DNA from: an uncultured bacterium
Lineage (GTDB): Bacteria; Verrucomicrobiota; Verrucomicrobiia; Limisphaerales; UBA8199
DNA: 64,000 nucleotides
Direction of reading: 5' to 3'
Assembly: GCA_963749495.1 (NCBI GenBank)
Contig: CAVVMW010000004.1
Span: 64,001-128,000 of the forward strand
Below, piece after piece: positions 42,762 through 52,331 of this stretch (positions are counted from its first letter, which is position 1; the number at the start of each line of letters is the position of its first letter). The notes beneath the pieces are model-generated. The model made no database searches, was not told the origin of the DNA, and saw nothing but the letters and a program-made list of their open reading frames with translations. Both the position numbers and the translations under genes were made by a program.

Positions 42762-43772
42762 ATGCTCACGAGTCTTAAGATAACGAACTTCCGCGGGTTC
42801 GGCCCCCTGCGCTTGGAACCCTTGCAACGGGTCAACATCATTGTGGGGCAGAACAACAGCGGCAAGACAGGGCTGCTGGAAGCCTTGGTTCTATTGCTCT
42901 GGGAACCAACGTCGAGCTGCGCAAACCTTCCCAACCTCTTCCGCTCGCTGGGGGGCGATCCGGATGAGACCTTCTGGAGGTGGCTCGTGCGTAACAGGGA
43001 CATTGGCGTCTTAGCCGGGATACAGACCCGCTTCCGCAGCTCTCAAGAATTCGGGATTTGGCTTACACTGAAGCAGATGACCGAGGCCATCGTCAACCCG
43101 GATCGGCCCCGACCAGACACCGGCGTAGCTCCAGAGGTGCTCAGGAAGAGCGGGAGCCTGGGCCCGCTGGCGGTCTACATTGGGCCCACCCCTGCCGTCC
43201 AGCTAGGCGGCAGCGGCAGGTGGCTGAGCGTCTTCTCTACTCATCCGACCAATCCCAGGCAAGATGCAATCGATTACAATCGGGTGGTGCTGCGGCGAAG
43301 GAAGAAGCAAGTCGAAAAGTTGCTCAAGAAGGTCGAGCCGAAACTGGAATCGGTCGAGGCTCTGCAGACCGGCAATGAGCCTCTCCTCTACGCTGACGTG
43401 GGACTGAGCGAGATGCTTCCCGTAACGCAGATGGGGCAAGGTTTTAACCGGCTGCTCCACATCTACTCCGAACTGCTGGCTGCCGAGGCCAAGGTGCTGC
43501 TGATTGATGAGGTCGAGAATGGCCTCCATCACAGCACCCTGCCCACGATCTGGGAGGGCCTCTTCCACGCCTCCCAGGAGGTTGGGGTGCAGATCTTCGC
43601 GACGACCCACAGCCTGGAATGTCTCCAGGCAGCCCACGAAGCGATGTCCCGGCAGCCGAGCTACGATCTTGCCGTTATCCGGTTATTCCGCATGCCGGAA
43701 GGGATTCAGGGCCGGGTCCTCGATCGCAAACACATTGAGGCCGCAATGGCAGGCGAGATTGACCTCCGCTGA
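42762..43772 (+). CDS. ABC-type ATPase (AAA_15/AAA_21-like)
   Basis: LKITNFRGF, GQNNSGKT, MGQGFNRL, LLIDEVENGLH, FATTHS. Confidence 0.9.
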   Translation: MLTSLKITNFRGFGPLRLEPLQRVNIIVGQNNSGKTGLLEALVLLLWEPTSSCANLPNLFRSLGGDPDETFWRWLVRNRDIGVLAGIQTRFRSSQEFGIWLTLKQMTEAIVNPDRPRPDTGVAPEVLRKSGSLGPLAVYIGPTPAVQLGGSGRWLSVFSTHPTNPRQDAIDYNRVVLRRRKKQVEKLLKKVEPKLESVEALQTGNEPLLYADVGLSEMLPVTQMGQGFNRLLHIYSELLAAEAKVLLIDEVENGLHHSTLPTIWEGLFHASQEVGVQIFATTHSLECLQAAHEAMSRQPSYDLAVIRLFRMPEGIQGRVLDRKHIEAAMAGEIDLR

Positions 43773-43778
43773 CACCCC

Positions 43779-44716
43779 ATGATCAAGACGGCACTGATGT
43801 TTGCAGGGCAGGGGGCGCAGGTGGTGGGGATGGGCAAGGACCTGGCGGAGGGGCATGCCACGGCCAAGGCGTGGTTTGAGCGCGCGACTGCGGCGCTGGG
43901 CTACGACCTGGGGGCGGTGTGTTTCAACGGACCGGAGGCCGAGTTGACGCGGACCGAACACGCGCAGCCGGGGATATTCCTGGTGAGCTGGGTCGCCCTG
44001 GAGGCGCTCAAGGAGCGGGCGCCGCACTTTGAGTTCCAGGCCGCCGCCGGTTTGTCTCTGGGCGAGTTCACGGCGCTCAGCGCGGCCGGGGCGATGGGTT
44101 TCGAAGAGGGGCTGCGCGTGGTGCGGCAGCGGGGCCGGCTCATGCAGGAGGCCTGCGACGCCACGCGCGGGGGCATGGCGGCCATCCTCGGGCTGGACGA
44201 GGCGGCTACGCTGGAGGTTTGTGCCCAGGCCGGCGTGGCGCTGGCCAATCTGAATTGCCCGGGGCAACTGGTGATCTCGGGCGCGGCCGCGCGGATAGCG
44301 CGGGCCTGCCAGTTGGCCAACGCCAAGGGCGCCCTCCGGGCGGTGCCGCTGCCGGTCGCCGGAGCGTATCATTCCCCGCTCATGGCGAGCGCCCAGGCCA
44401 GGCTCCAGGCCGAGTTGGAGCGCGTTTCGATCAAGGCGCCGGAGGTCATGGTCGTTTCGAATGTGACCGCCCTGCCCCACGGCGCCCCCGAGGCCATTCG
44501 CGCCCGCTTGGTCGAGCAGGTCACCTCCCCGGTGCGCTGGGAGCAATCCATGCGCTACCTCCTGGGCCAGGGGTTCACCCGCTTCGTCGAGTTGGGCCCG
44601 GAACCGCGCTGAGCGGTTTCATGAAACGAATCCGCCAAGACGCCCAGGTGCTCAATGTGGCCGATCTGGCCAGCCTTGAGGCCACGGCCGGGGCGCTCGG
44701 GCAGGACACCGCGTAG
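43779..44716 (+). CDS. fabD: Malonyl-CoA:ACP transacylase (frameshift ~44600)
   Basis: FAGQGAQ, AQPGI, GLSLGEF, GAYHSPLM, VELGP then GTALSGFMKRI in the shifted frame. Confidence 0.93.
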
Positions 44717-44771
44717 CGGCGGGATTTTGTGCTGTTCATTTTTTCTGCGATGTTGAGAATGCGGGCCGGTT

Positions 44772-45515
44772 ATGAACCAATTGGCCAATCAAATCGCGGT
44801 GGTGACCGGAGCGGGGCGAGGCATCGGGCGGGCGATTGCCTTGAAATTCGCAGTTGAAGGGGCGGACGTGGTGTGCATCTCGCGCACGGCCGAGAATTGC
44901 GAAAAGGCCGCCGGTGAGGTTCGGGGGTTGGGCCGCAGGGCCTGGGCGCGTGCGGTCGATGTGGCGGATGGGGCGGCGGTGGCCGCGGCCGGGCAGGCCA
45001 TCCTGGCGGAGACGGGGCGCGTGGACATCCTGGTGAACAATGCCGGGGTGACGCGGGATGGTCTGCTGATGCGGATGAGCGAGGCGGATTGGGACACGGT
45101 GCTGGACACCAACCTGAAAGGGGCGTTCCTGTTCACCAAGGCCTTTGCGCGGGCCTTTCTGAAGCAGCGCTCGGGGCGGATTATCAATGTGGCTTCGGTG
45201 ATCGGGCTCATTGGCAACGCCGGCCAGTGCAACTACGCGGCGAGCAAGGCGGCGTTGATCGGCTTTACCAAGTCGGTGGCGCGAGAGATGGGCTCGCGCG
45301 GCGTCACCGTTAACGCCCTGGCCCCCGGATTTGTCGAGACGGACATGACGGCGGGCCTGGGGCCGGAGGTGCGCCGCCAGGTGCTCGAAAGCATCCCGCT
45401 CCAGCGCCTGGGCCAGCCTGAGGATATCGCCGATGCCGCCCTGTTCCTGGCCAGCACCGCCGCCCGTTACGTGACCGGCCAGGTCCTGACGGTGGACGGA
45501 GGGATGGTGATGTGA
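44772..45515 (+). CDS. fabG: 3-oxoacyl-ACP reductase
   Basis: TGAGRGIG, NNAGVTRD, YAASK. Confidence 0.97.
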   Translation: MNQLANQIAVVTGAGRGIGRAIALKFAVEGADVVCISRTAENCEKAAGEVRGLGRRAWARAVDVADGAAVAAAGQAILAETGRVDILVNNAGVTRDGLLMRMSEADWDTVLDTNLKGAFLFTKAFARAFLKQRSGRIINVASVIGLIGNAGQCNYAASKAALIGFTKSVAREMGSRGVTVNALAPGFVETDMTAGLGPEVRRQVLESIPLQRLGQPEDIADAALFLASTAARYVTGQVLTVDGGMVM

Positions 45516-45602
45516 GCTTGGGAGAAAATTGTTGAATCCGGGCTTGACGCCTCCCCCTATGGTAGCATAGACACACAGCGAAAACTAGAACCGGAGACAA
45601 TC

Positions 45603-45848
45603 ATGGCTGAGAAAACAATCGAGCAGCGGGTAAAAGACATCATCGTCGAGCAGTTGGGCGTGAACCCGGATCAAGTCACGCCCGAGGCCAAGTTTATCGA
45701 GGATCTGGGTGCGGATTCACTCGACACCGTGGAACTGGTCATGGCGCTGGAAGAGGAATTTGGCCATGAGATCCCCGATGAACAGGCCGAGAAGCTTCAG
45801 AGCGTTGGCGATGTGATCAAGTACATCGAGGACCTGCAGCAGAAGTGA
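45603..45848 (+). CDS. acpP: Acyl carrier protein
   Basis: [12 protein letters not shown]. Confidence 0.98.
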   Translation: MAEKTIEQRVKDIIVEQLGVNPDQVTPEAKFIEDLGADSLDTVELVMALEEEFGHEIPDEQAEKLQSVGDVIKYIEDLQQK

Positions 45849-45915
45849 TCGGAGACTTGAAGGAATGCCGGGGCAGCTTCCGCCTGGCTCCAGGTTGGGC
45901 TGCCCCTTCGTGTTT

Positions 45916-47172
45916 ATGGCGAGTAATTGGACGGAACGCCGGGTCGTGATCACGGGGCTTGGCGTGGTTTCACCCCTGGGCAACGAGGTCGAGGTCCTCT
46001 GGAAACGCCTCCTGGCGGCGGAATGCGGTGTGGATAGGATTGCCGCGTTCGATCCCTCCCGGTTCGACACGCAGGTCGCCGCCGAGGTGAAGGAATTCGA
46101 CCCCATCCCGGCTTTTCCTTCCCCCAAAGAGGTCCGGCGCACCGACCGGTTCTCTCAGTTTGGCGTCTATGCGGCCTGGCAGGCCCTGCGTGACGCGGGG
46201 CTGGACCTGGACCGCATAGACCGGGACGAGGTCGGGGTGTTCATCGGCTCGGGCATCGGCGGCCTGCGCACCGTCACCGACCAGCACGCCATCCTGCTCC
46301 GACAGGGCCCCGAGCGGCTCTCGCCCTTCATGATCCCGATGCTCATCTCGAACATGGCCTCGGGCCTGGTCTCGATGTTCTACGGCCTGCGCGGCCCCAA
46401 TTTTGCCACCTGCTCGGCCTGCGCCACGGCCAACCACGCCCTGGGCGAGGCCTGGCGCACGATCAAGATGGGCGATGCCAAGGTCATGCTGGCCGGCGGC
46501 GCCGAGGCCACCATTGTCCCCATCGGCATCGGCGGCTTCTGCGCCATGCGCGCCCTGAGCCGGCGCAATCAGGAGCCCAAACGCGCCTCCCGCCCTTTCG
46601 ACAAGGGCCGCGACGGCTTTGTCATGGGCGAGGGCTCCGGCGTGCTGGTCCTCGAAGACCTGGACTATGCCAAGGCGCGCGGCGCCCGCATCTATGCCGA
46701 ATTCGCCGGCTATGGCAATACCGCCGACGCCTATCACCTGACCGCCCCGTCCCCGGGCGGCGAAGGCGCGGTTCGCTGCATGCGCATGGCCCTGCGCAAC
46801 GCCGGCCTCAACCCCCAAGACATCTCTTACATCAACGCCCACGGCACCTCCACGCCCCAGGGCGACATTGCCGAAACCGAGGCCATCAAGACCGTCTTCG
46901 GCGAGCACGCGTGCCACCTGGCCGTCAGCTCCACCAAGGGCGCCACCGGCCACATGCTTGGCGCCGCCGGCGCCGTCGAGATGGTCATCTGCGCCAAGGC
47001 CATCGCCTCCGATTTGGTGCCCCCCACCATCAATTACGAGGAACCGGACCCGGAGTGCGATCTCGATTACGTCCCCAACAAACCCCGCCAGATGGCGGTC
47101 AACGCCATCATCAACAACTCCTTCGGTTTCGGCGGCCACAATGCCAGCCTGGTAGCCAGGAAATTCAACTGA
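45916..47172 (+). CDS. fabF: Beta-ketoacyl-ACP synthase II
   Basis: RRVVITGLG, SACAT, NAHGTST, NSFGFGGHN. Confidence 0.97.
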   Translation: MASNWTERRVVITGLGVVSPLGNEVEVLWKRLLAAECGVDRIAAFDPSRFDTQVAAEVKEFDPIPAFPSPKEVRRTDRFSQFGVYAAWQALRDAGLDLDRIDRDEVGVFIGSGIGGLRTVTDQHAILLRQGPERLSPFMIPMLISNMASGLVSMFYGLRGPNFATCSACATANHALGEAWRTIKMGDAKVMLAGGAEATIVPIGIGGFCAMRALSRRNQEPKRASRPFDKGRDGFVMGEGSGVLVLEDLDYAKARGARIYAEFAGYGNTADAYHLTAPSPGGEGAVRCMRMALRNAGLNPQDISYINAHGTSTPQGDIAETEAIKTVFGEHACHLAVSSTKGATGHMLGAAGAVEMVICAKAIASDLVPPTINYEEPDPECDLDYVPNKPRQMAVNAIINNSFGFGGHNASLVARKFN

Positions 47173-47186
47173 ACCCCTCCGCCCAG

Positions 47187-48044
47187 CTAATGCGCTGGGC
47201 AAATCAAACAGAACTGTCCTCGCTCGACCCACCCCAGGGCGCGGTTGGTCCGGACCAGCAGATAGGGGCCGCGCGCGCGCTGGACCCGGGCCGGTTCGCC
47301 CGGGCTCAGGCGGGTCAGGGCTTGGGCCTCCTGGGTTGGCGTCAGCCGCAGCGGAGCGTCCTTTTCCACCACAAAACCGAGCCTGGAGCGGGTATAGACG
47401 CCCAGATGCGCGGGCACGCTGAGCAGGAAGACCATCAGGCCGAGGGCGGCGACCGCCTGGTGCCAGGCCGCCTTGCGGCGGCGAAAGATGCCAGGCAGCA
47501 AGAACATGCCCAGGGCCAGCCAGACGCTGGCGCCCGCGATCCACGCCCACCAATCGGTGGGCAGCCAGGTCGAGACCACCTCGTACCAGGACAACTCGGG
47601 CGCCTCCAGTTGGGCAACCTTGCGCGCGAACCGCAGGTTGTTGCGCGCCGACCCGTTGAACGCGTCCAGCCACAGCGCCCGCTCCCAGGCGACGATGGCG
47701 GGTCCGGTCTCTCCGCGCTGCCATTGGGCGTTGCCCAGATTCTGGAGCGAGCCCGTCGAGGGCCGGCGCGAGGCCGCCTCGCCGAAGGCGCGCGCCGCCC
47801 GCACATAATCCCCCGCCTGGTAAGCCTGGGTCCCTTCGCGAAACAGGGCATCGAGGCGCGCCGCAGCGCAGGGGGTAGCCGGGTCGGAGAAAAGCAGGGC
47901 CAGCAAAGCCCAAAATCCGAAACAAACTCGCGTCCCTTTCGTCGCTTTTGTCCCTTTGGTCCCTTTAGTCCCTTGCTGAAAGGACAAAAGGGACAAAAGG
48001 GACAAAAGGGACGGATTTGGGATTTGGGATTTGGGATTTCTCAA
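47187..48044 (-). CDS. BatE-like TPR/TM/SH3 protein with repeat-encoded N-terminus
   Basis: NLGNAQW...GPAIVAWERALWLD...ARNNL, two TMs, SH3-like tail; TTG start with GGAG RBS. Confidence 0.8.
   Translation of the reverse strand: MRNPKSQIPNPSLLSLLSLLSFQQGTKGTKGTKATKGTRVCFGFWALLALLFSDPATPCAAARLDALFREGTQAYQAGDYVRAARAFGEAASRRPSTGSLQNLGNAQWQRGETGPAIVAWERALWLDAFNGSARNNLRFARKVAQLEAPELSWYEVVSTWLPTDWWAWIAGASVWLALGMFLLPGIFRRRKAAWHQAVAALGLMVFLLSVPAHLGVYTRSRLGFVVEKDAPLRLTPTQEAQALTRLSPGEPARVQRARGPYLLVRTNRALGWVERGQFCLICPAH
47932..48038. repeat. Inverted 9-mer array (GTCCCTTTN / GGGACAAAA) plus ATTTGGG heptamers
   Basis: Direct reading; encodes PKSQIPNPSLLSLLSLL...GTKGTKGTKATKGT. Confidence 0.85.
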
Positions 48045-48059
48045 TTTGCTTCTCCAATC

Positions 48060-50057
48060 TCAGGGTTCCAGCCTTTCTTCCAGCCGTTGGAGCACCTGTT
48101 CCAGCTCCGGGCGGAGGGCCATCAACTGGCGGGTATCAACAACTGCGGGGCCGAAACGGGCGGCATCGGTGAGGGCGAAGAACCGGCGGACGACCTCGAT
48201 GGGACGGTGCTCGCCCGGCAGGGCCCCGTCCGGAGGAAGCAGCGGGAGAACGTCGGCGCCGACCAGCGCGCGCGGTTCGGCGGGAAAATGAGGGGCGCAG
48301 GCCACGCGCAGGGCGGCCACAGCCGCGTTGGCGAACCGGGGGGCGTCGCCGGCGCGCGCGGCCCGGCGCAGGGCGCGCCACTCACGGCGCAAGGCGCGCC
48401 GGGCGCGCCGGCGCAGAATGACCTCCGGGTGCTGCTCCAGGAAGCGGCGGCGGCGGTCCCAGGCCCACAGGGCGGCGAAAACCGCCGCCGGCGCCAGTTG
48501 CAACAGCGAGAACCACGGCCTCCGCTGGACCGGCACCAGGCTGGCTGCCGCCAGGCCGGGCGCCGAAGCCAATGGGCTCAAGCCGGGTTCGCTCTGGGCC
48601 TCCGCGGTCCCCACGTCGGGCTGCTGCAAGGCAGCCAGGTCCGCGCCGGCCGCGCTAGGCTCCACGGTGACCGCCAGCGACGGAATCGTCAGGTCCACGT
48701 AGGCAGCGCGTTTGGGATCGAAGTAACTGAACGGGATGGCCGGTGTGGCGGTGGCGGCGGCGGTCAGAGGGACCAGCGTATAGACGAAGGTGGCGGAGGG
48801 CGCCGGCGGCACGGCCGGTTGCGGGGTAAAGACGGCGTAGGGGGGCTGAGGCAGGGATTCGGTGGTGCCGGCAAAGATCTGCCACTGGCGGCTCTGCGGC
48901 GGAGGCGGGGGCGCCAGCCGGCCCATGTTCCCATCGCCGTGGACGGTGACGGCGAGCCGGACGGTCTCTCCGACGCGCAGGATGCTGGCGGCGAGACTGG
49001 GCGGATCCAGCGTGAAACTGCCGATGGCGCCGGTGAACCCCGGCAACTCGCCCTGCCGCGGCAGGGGCCGCGTGTGCAGTTCAACCGGGTCCGAGTCGAG
49101 CAGGGTGAAGGGCACAAAGATGCTCGCCACGGGCACCGCGGCGCCGCCGGCGGGCACGGGGCCCATGACGCGAGAGCCGGCCGAATAGCCTTGGGCGAAG
49201 ACACTGAGCCTGCCCGTCTTCAAAGGCGTCAGCACCGTCTCGTAAAGGTAGGCGAGCACGGTGACCGGGCCGCGGCGCACCCGGGTGACCTGCTGGCGGG
49301 CTGTCCCCTGGTCCACCAGCACACCCTCCCCATTGACCTGCACCTGCATCAGCGTCTGCAACTGGCCGCTGGGCGAGGCTGCCAGGACCACCCGCACCTT
49401 CACCGGTTGGCCGACGTACACGTTGGTTTCGGACGCCTCGAGGACAAGGCGCTGGGCCGGAGGAATCGAGGGGGGCGCCGCCGCCGCCACGATCAGTTGC
49501 GCCGCCGGCACGGTCACAGTCTTGCCATAGATACTCACGCCAAATGCCGGCACGGAAAACGTGCCCAGCCCCGGTGCGCGGACGTTGTAGTTGTAAGTGG
49601 TGCGCGGCACGAAGTTGGTCCCGTTGAACTGCAGGATCTGGCCGCGGCCGCCCGCGCGCAAATCCAGCCCTGCCGTCGCCGCCACTTTCTCCGGCCACAC
49701 AATGGATTCCTCCAGCGCGTTGAACGTGGCCCGGTACACCGCGCTCTCGCCCGGACGGACCATGGGCGGGTCGAACCAGGCGGTGGCCACCACGTTCGAG
49801 GCTATCTCCGTCTTGGGTTGCGCCATCAGCAGCGTCATGTACGGGTCCTGCGAAGGCGTGGGCTGGCTCTGGGCACCCCGGACAGGACACGCGAGCAGGG
49901 CGTAAACCAGGAGGATGAAAGCGTAAATAAACGGGAATCGGCCATCCAACGGGTCGAGGGGCGAGGGGCGTGGGTCGAGGGAATCCGGAGCGGCCACCCC
50001 TCGCCGCCGGCGTCCGGGTGCCTCTGAACCGTGCTCTGCTCTGGATTGGCTCACCAT
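48060..50057 (-). CDS. BatD-like protein
   Basis: VYVGQPV, PGFTGAIGSF, VGETVRL...GDGN, PAIPFSYFDP; in-frame ATG at 50057. Confidence 0.82.
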   Translation of the reverse strand: MVSQSRAEHGSEAPGRRRRGVAAPDSLDPRPSPLDPLDGRFPFIYAFILLVYALLACPVRGAQSQPTPSQDPYMTLLMAQPKTEIASNVVATAWFDPPMVRPGESAVYRATFNALEESIVWPEKVAATAGLDLRAGGRGQILQFNGTNFVPRTTYNYNVRAPGLGTFSVPAFGVSIYGKTVTVPAAQLIVAAAAPPSIPPAQRLVLEASETNVYVGQPVKVRVVLAASPSGQLQTLMQVQVNGEGVLVDQGTARQQVTRVRRGPVTVLAYLYETVLTPLKTGRLSVFAQGYSAGSRVMGPVPAGGAAVPVASIFVPFTLLDSDPVELHTRPLPRQGELPGFTGAIGSFTLDPPSLAASILRVGETVRLAVTVHGDGNMGRLAPPPPPQSRQWQIFAGTTESLPQPPYAVFTPQPAVPPAPSATFVYTLVPLTAAATATPAIPFSYFDPKRAAYVDLTIPSLAVTVEPSAAGADLAALQQPDVGTAEAQSEPGLSPLASAPGLAAASLVPVQRRPWFSLLQLAPAAVFAALWAWDRRRRFLEQHPEVILRRRARRALRREWRALRRAARAGDAPRFANAAVAALRVACAPHFPAEPRALVGADVLPLLPPDGALPGEHRPIEVVRRFFALTDAARFGPAVVDTRQLMALRPELEQVLQRLEERLEP

Positions 50058-50188
50058 GTCGGTCGGTTGCGGCTGTGGACTGTGGACTGCGGACTGTGGA
50101 CTGCTCTGGATTGGCTCACCACGTCGGTCGGTTGCGGCTGTGGACTGTGGACTGCTCTGGATTGGCTCACCATGTCGGTCGGTTGCGG
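50036..50188. repeat. Triplicated 37-bp unit separated by CTGTGGA heptamers
   Basis: Units at 50036-50072, 50101-50137 and 50152-50188; spacers of 4x7 and 2x7 bp. Confidence 0.92.
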
Positions 50189-51183
50189 TCTCTGGGTTCA
50201 GCCTGCCGCTGTGGGCCCATTGGGAGGCGGCGCTCGACATCCAGCTTAAACCCTTCGAGCAGCCAGGCGGCCTGCTCGGCAGAGAGCGGCATCTCCTCAC
50301 CTTCCCTGTTGGCCGCTTCCTGCTGGCCCTCCTGCGGTCCCAGGGGCTGCTGGTCTTCCTCGTCGTCCTCGTCCTCGTCAACGGGCGTGCCAGGAGGCGC
50401 TTCCTTGGTGGGGATGCGGCCCCGGAGTTGCTTCATTTTGTCGTTCAGGTCGCGCCTCTGATTGCCCATGGCCCCGGCCAGTTGCTGCAACTGGCGCAAC
50501 GTATCCACCAGCCGGGCTATCCAGCGGTCCACCACCTCGGCATTGTACTGGGCGTCCGCGTCGGCGCGATTCAGTTCGAGGGCGCTGCGGAAATCGCCCG
50601 CGGCGCGCTGCCATTTGTTGAGCGTGGCGACATGGGCCTGGAGGGCGCGCCGGACGACGCCCAGGGCGGCCCTGAGTTCTTTGCGCTGGCCCCGTCCCCG
50701 CAGGTAGGCCGCGACCATATTCCGCACGTCGTCACTGGCCAGTGCCTCGGTGGCAAATCGAATCGCGTCGTCGGTCCGTTGCGAGACGGCCTGACCGGCG
50801 GCCACGGTCGGCAGGCCGGGCGGGGCCTTCTTGAGCTCCTCCACGCCCTGGCCGAAACGAACATGGCCCAGGTTGTAAAGGGCGGGCGGCTGCACGGGTT
50901 CATATTGGCTGGTCAGGGCGCTCTCCAGGAAGGTCTCGGCCTCCCTGAGCTTGTTCTCGTGAAGCTTTTCGGTCCCGGCGTTGAAGAACTCGCGCGGGGT
51001 GGTTGGCGGGGCTGGCTCCGGCGGGGCCGGGGCAGGACCAGGGGCGGCAGCAACGGCAACCAGGACGGCGCCCAACAGGAGGCGAGGCGCAAACCGGGGG
51101 GCGCGCCGTCGGCCTCCGTTCAGGAGGCGGCCGCCGACGGCGCCGGGCGCAGACATTCTCATTAGGTGCGCAGGTCGTGTCAT
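50167..51183 (-). CDS. BatC-like TPR protein
   Basis: FFNAGT, ALYNLGH, ADAQYNAEVV, EQAAWLLE...RPTW; start uncertain (51162-51315). Confidence 0.75.
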   Translation of the reverse strand: MTRPAHLMRMSAPGAVGGRLLNGGRRRAPRFAPRLLLGAVLVAVAAAPGPAPAPPEPAPPTTPREFFNAGTEKLHENKLREAETFLESALTSQYEPVQPPALYNLGHVRFGQGVEELKKAPPGLPTVAAGQAVSQRTDDAIRFATEALASDDVRNMVAAYLRGRGQRKELRAALGVVRRALQAHVATLNKWQRAAGDFRSALELNRADADAQYNAEVVDRWIARLVDTLRQLQQLAGAMGNQRRDLNDKMKQLRGRIPTKEAPPGTPVDEDEDDEEDQQPLGPQEGQQEAANREGEEMPLSAEQAAWLLEGFKLDVERRLPMGPQRQAEPRDRNRPTW

Positions 51184-51341
51184 GGACCGTTCGGACCCCA
51201 ATATAGCGCGTTGCCCCTCCGAAGACCACGCCAAATCCCGAGGGGCGAGGGACGAGGGTCGAGGAAATACGTGCGGCCGCCCCCGGTCCCTCCTTTTCTC
51301 ATTCACGCGCCTCATCCCTCATTCGTCATTCGCCCTGCCCC

Positions 51342-52118
51342 TCACACCCCCATGATCTGGTAGCCGCAATCAACGTAGATCACCTGGCCGGTGATGGCGG
51401 CGGCGCCGTCGCCGGCCAGGAACAGGCCGGTGGCGCCCAATTCCTCGGGCAGGACGTTGCGTTTGAGCGGGGCGCGGGCTTCGTAAAGCCTGAGCATTTC
51501 ACTGAAGCCGGAGATGCCGCGCGCGGCCAGGGTATTGACCGGGCCTGCGCTGATGCAATTGACGCGGATCTTTTTCGGGCCCAGGTCGTAGGCGAGATAG
51601 CGCGTGGCGGCTTCGAGCGCGGCCTTGGCCACGCCCATGACGTTATAGTGCGGCACGACCTTCTCCGCCCCATAATAGCTCATCGCCACGATGCTGCCGC
51701 CCCCGGCCATCAGCGGGGCGGCGGCGCGCGCCAGGGCCACCAGCGAGTAGGCGCTCACATCCAGCGCCACGCGGAAGGCCTCCCGGCTGGTGTCCAGGAA
51801 TTGGCCCTCGAGGGCCTCCTTGGGCGCGAACGCCACCGAGTGCAGCAACAAGTCCAGCCGCCCGGCCTTTTCGCCCACTGCCTTGAAGACCCCGCTAACC
51901 TCGTCGTCCTTCGTCACGTCGCACGGCAGGATCAGCGTCTCCGGGCCAAAGGCCCCGGCCAGTTCCTGCACGTTCTCCTTGAGCCGCTCGCCCTGGTAAG
52001 TGAACGCCAGGCGGGCGCCCGCCTCGTGCCAGGCGCGCGCAATCGCCCAGGCTATCGAGCGCCTGTTGGCCACACCGAAAACAATCCCCTGCTTGCCGGC
52101 TAGTGCTAATGAGTGCAT
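51342..52118 (-). CDS. fabI: Enoyl-ACP reductase
   Basis: GVANRRSIAWAIA, LHSVAFAP, YNVMGVAKAALE, VDCGY. Confidence 0.96.
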   Translation of the reverse strand: MHSLALAGKQGIVFGVANRRSIAWAIARAWHEAGARLAFTYQGERLKENVQELAGAFGPETLILPCDVTKDDEVSGVFKAVGEKAGRLDLLLHSVAFAPKEALEGQFLDTSREAFRVALDVSAYSLVALARAAAPLMAGGGSIVAMSYYGAEKVVPHYNVMGVAKAALEAATRYLAYDLGPKKIRVNCISAGPVNTLAARGISGFSEMLRLYEARAPLKRNVLPEELGATGLFLAGDGAAAITGQVIYVDCGYQIMGV

Positions 52119-52140
52119 GCCTTGACAACGGTACGGCAAT

Positions 52141-52331
52141 CTAAAGGCTAAAGGCTGAAGGCTAAAGGCTAAAATGAAGGCTAAAGGCTAAAGGCTAAAG
52201 GCTAAAGTCCAGAAGGCCGAAGCGACCACCGTGAGAGATTCCGGCCTCGCCTCAGGTTTCTTCACTTTAGCCTTTAGCCTTCAGCCTTCAGCCTTCAGCC
52301 TTTTGCCTTCAGCCTTTTGCCTTTTGCCTTT
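52141..52331. repeat. Inverted heptamer arrays (CTAAAGG / CCTTYAG)
   Basis: About 9 CTRAAGG units, a 55-bp spacer, then about 10 complementary units overlapping the MFS stop. Confidence 0.9.

Noticed and set aside
46911..50027. 1038-aa plus-strand ORF and other long antisense ORFs (7291-9597, 5058-6905, 59559-61313, 56487-58166)
   Set aside because: Shadow ORFs opposite well-supported genes in high-GC DNA, with no motifs.
50036..50188. 37-bp repeat x3 resembling a mini CRISPR array
   Set aside because: The spacers are heptamer runs of 28 and 14 bp, the repeat is the batC/batD junction itself, and there are no cas genes.
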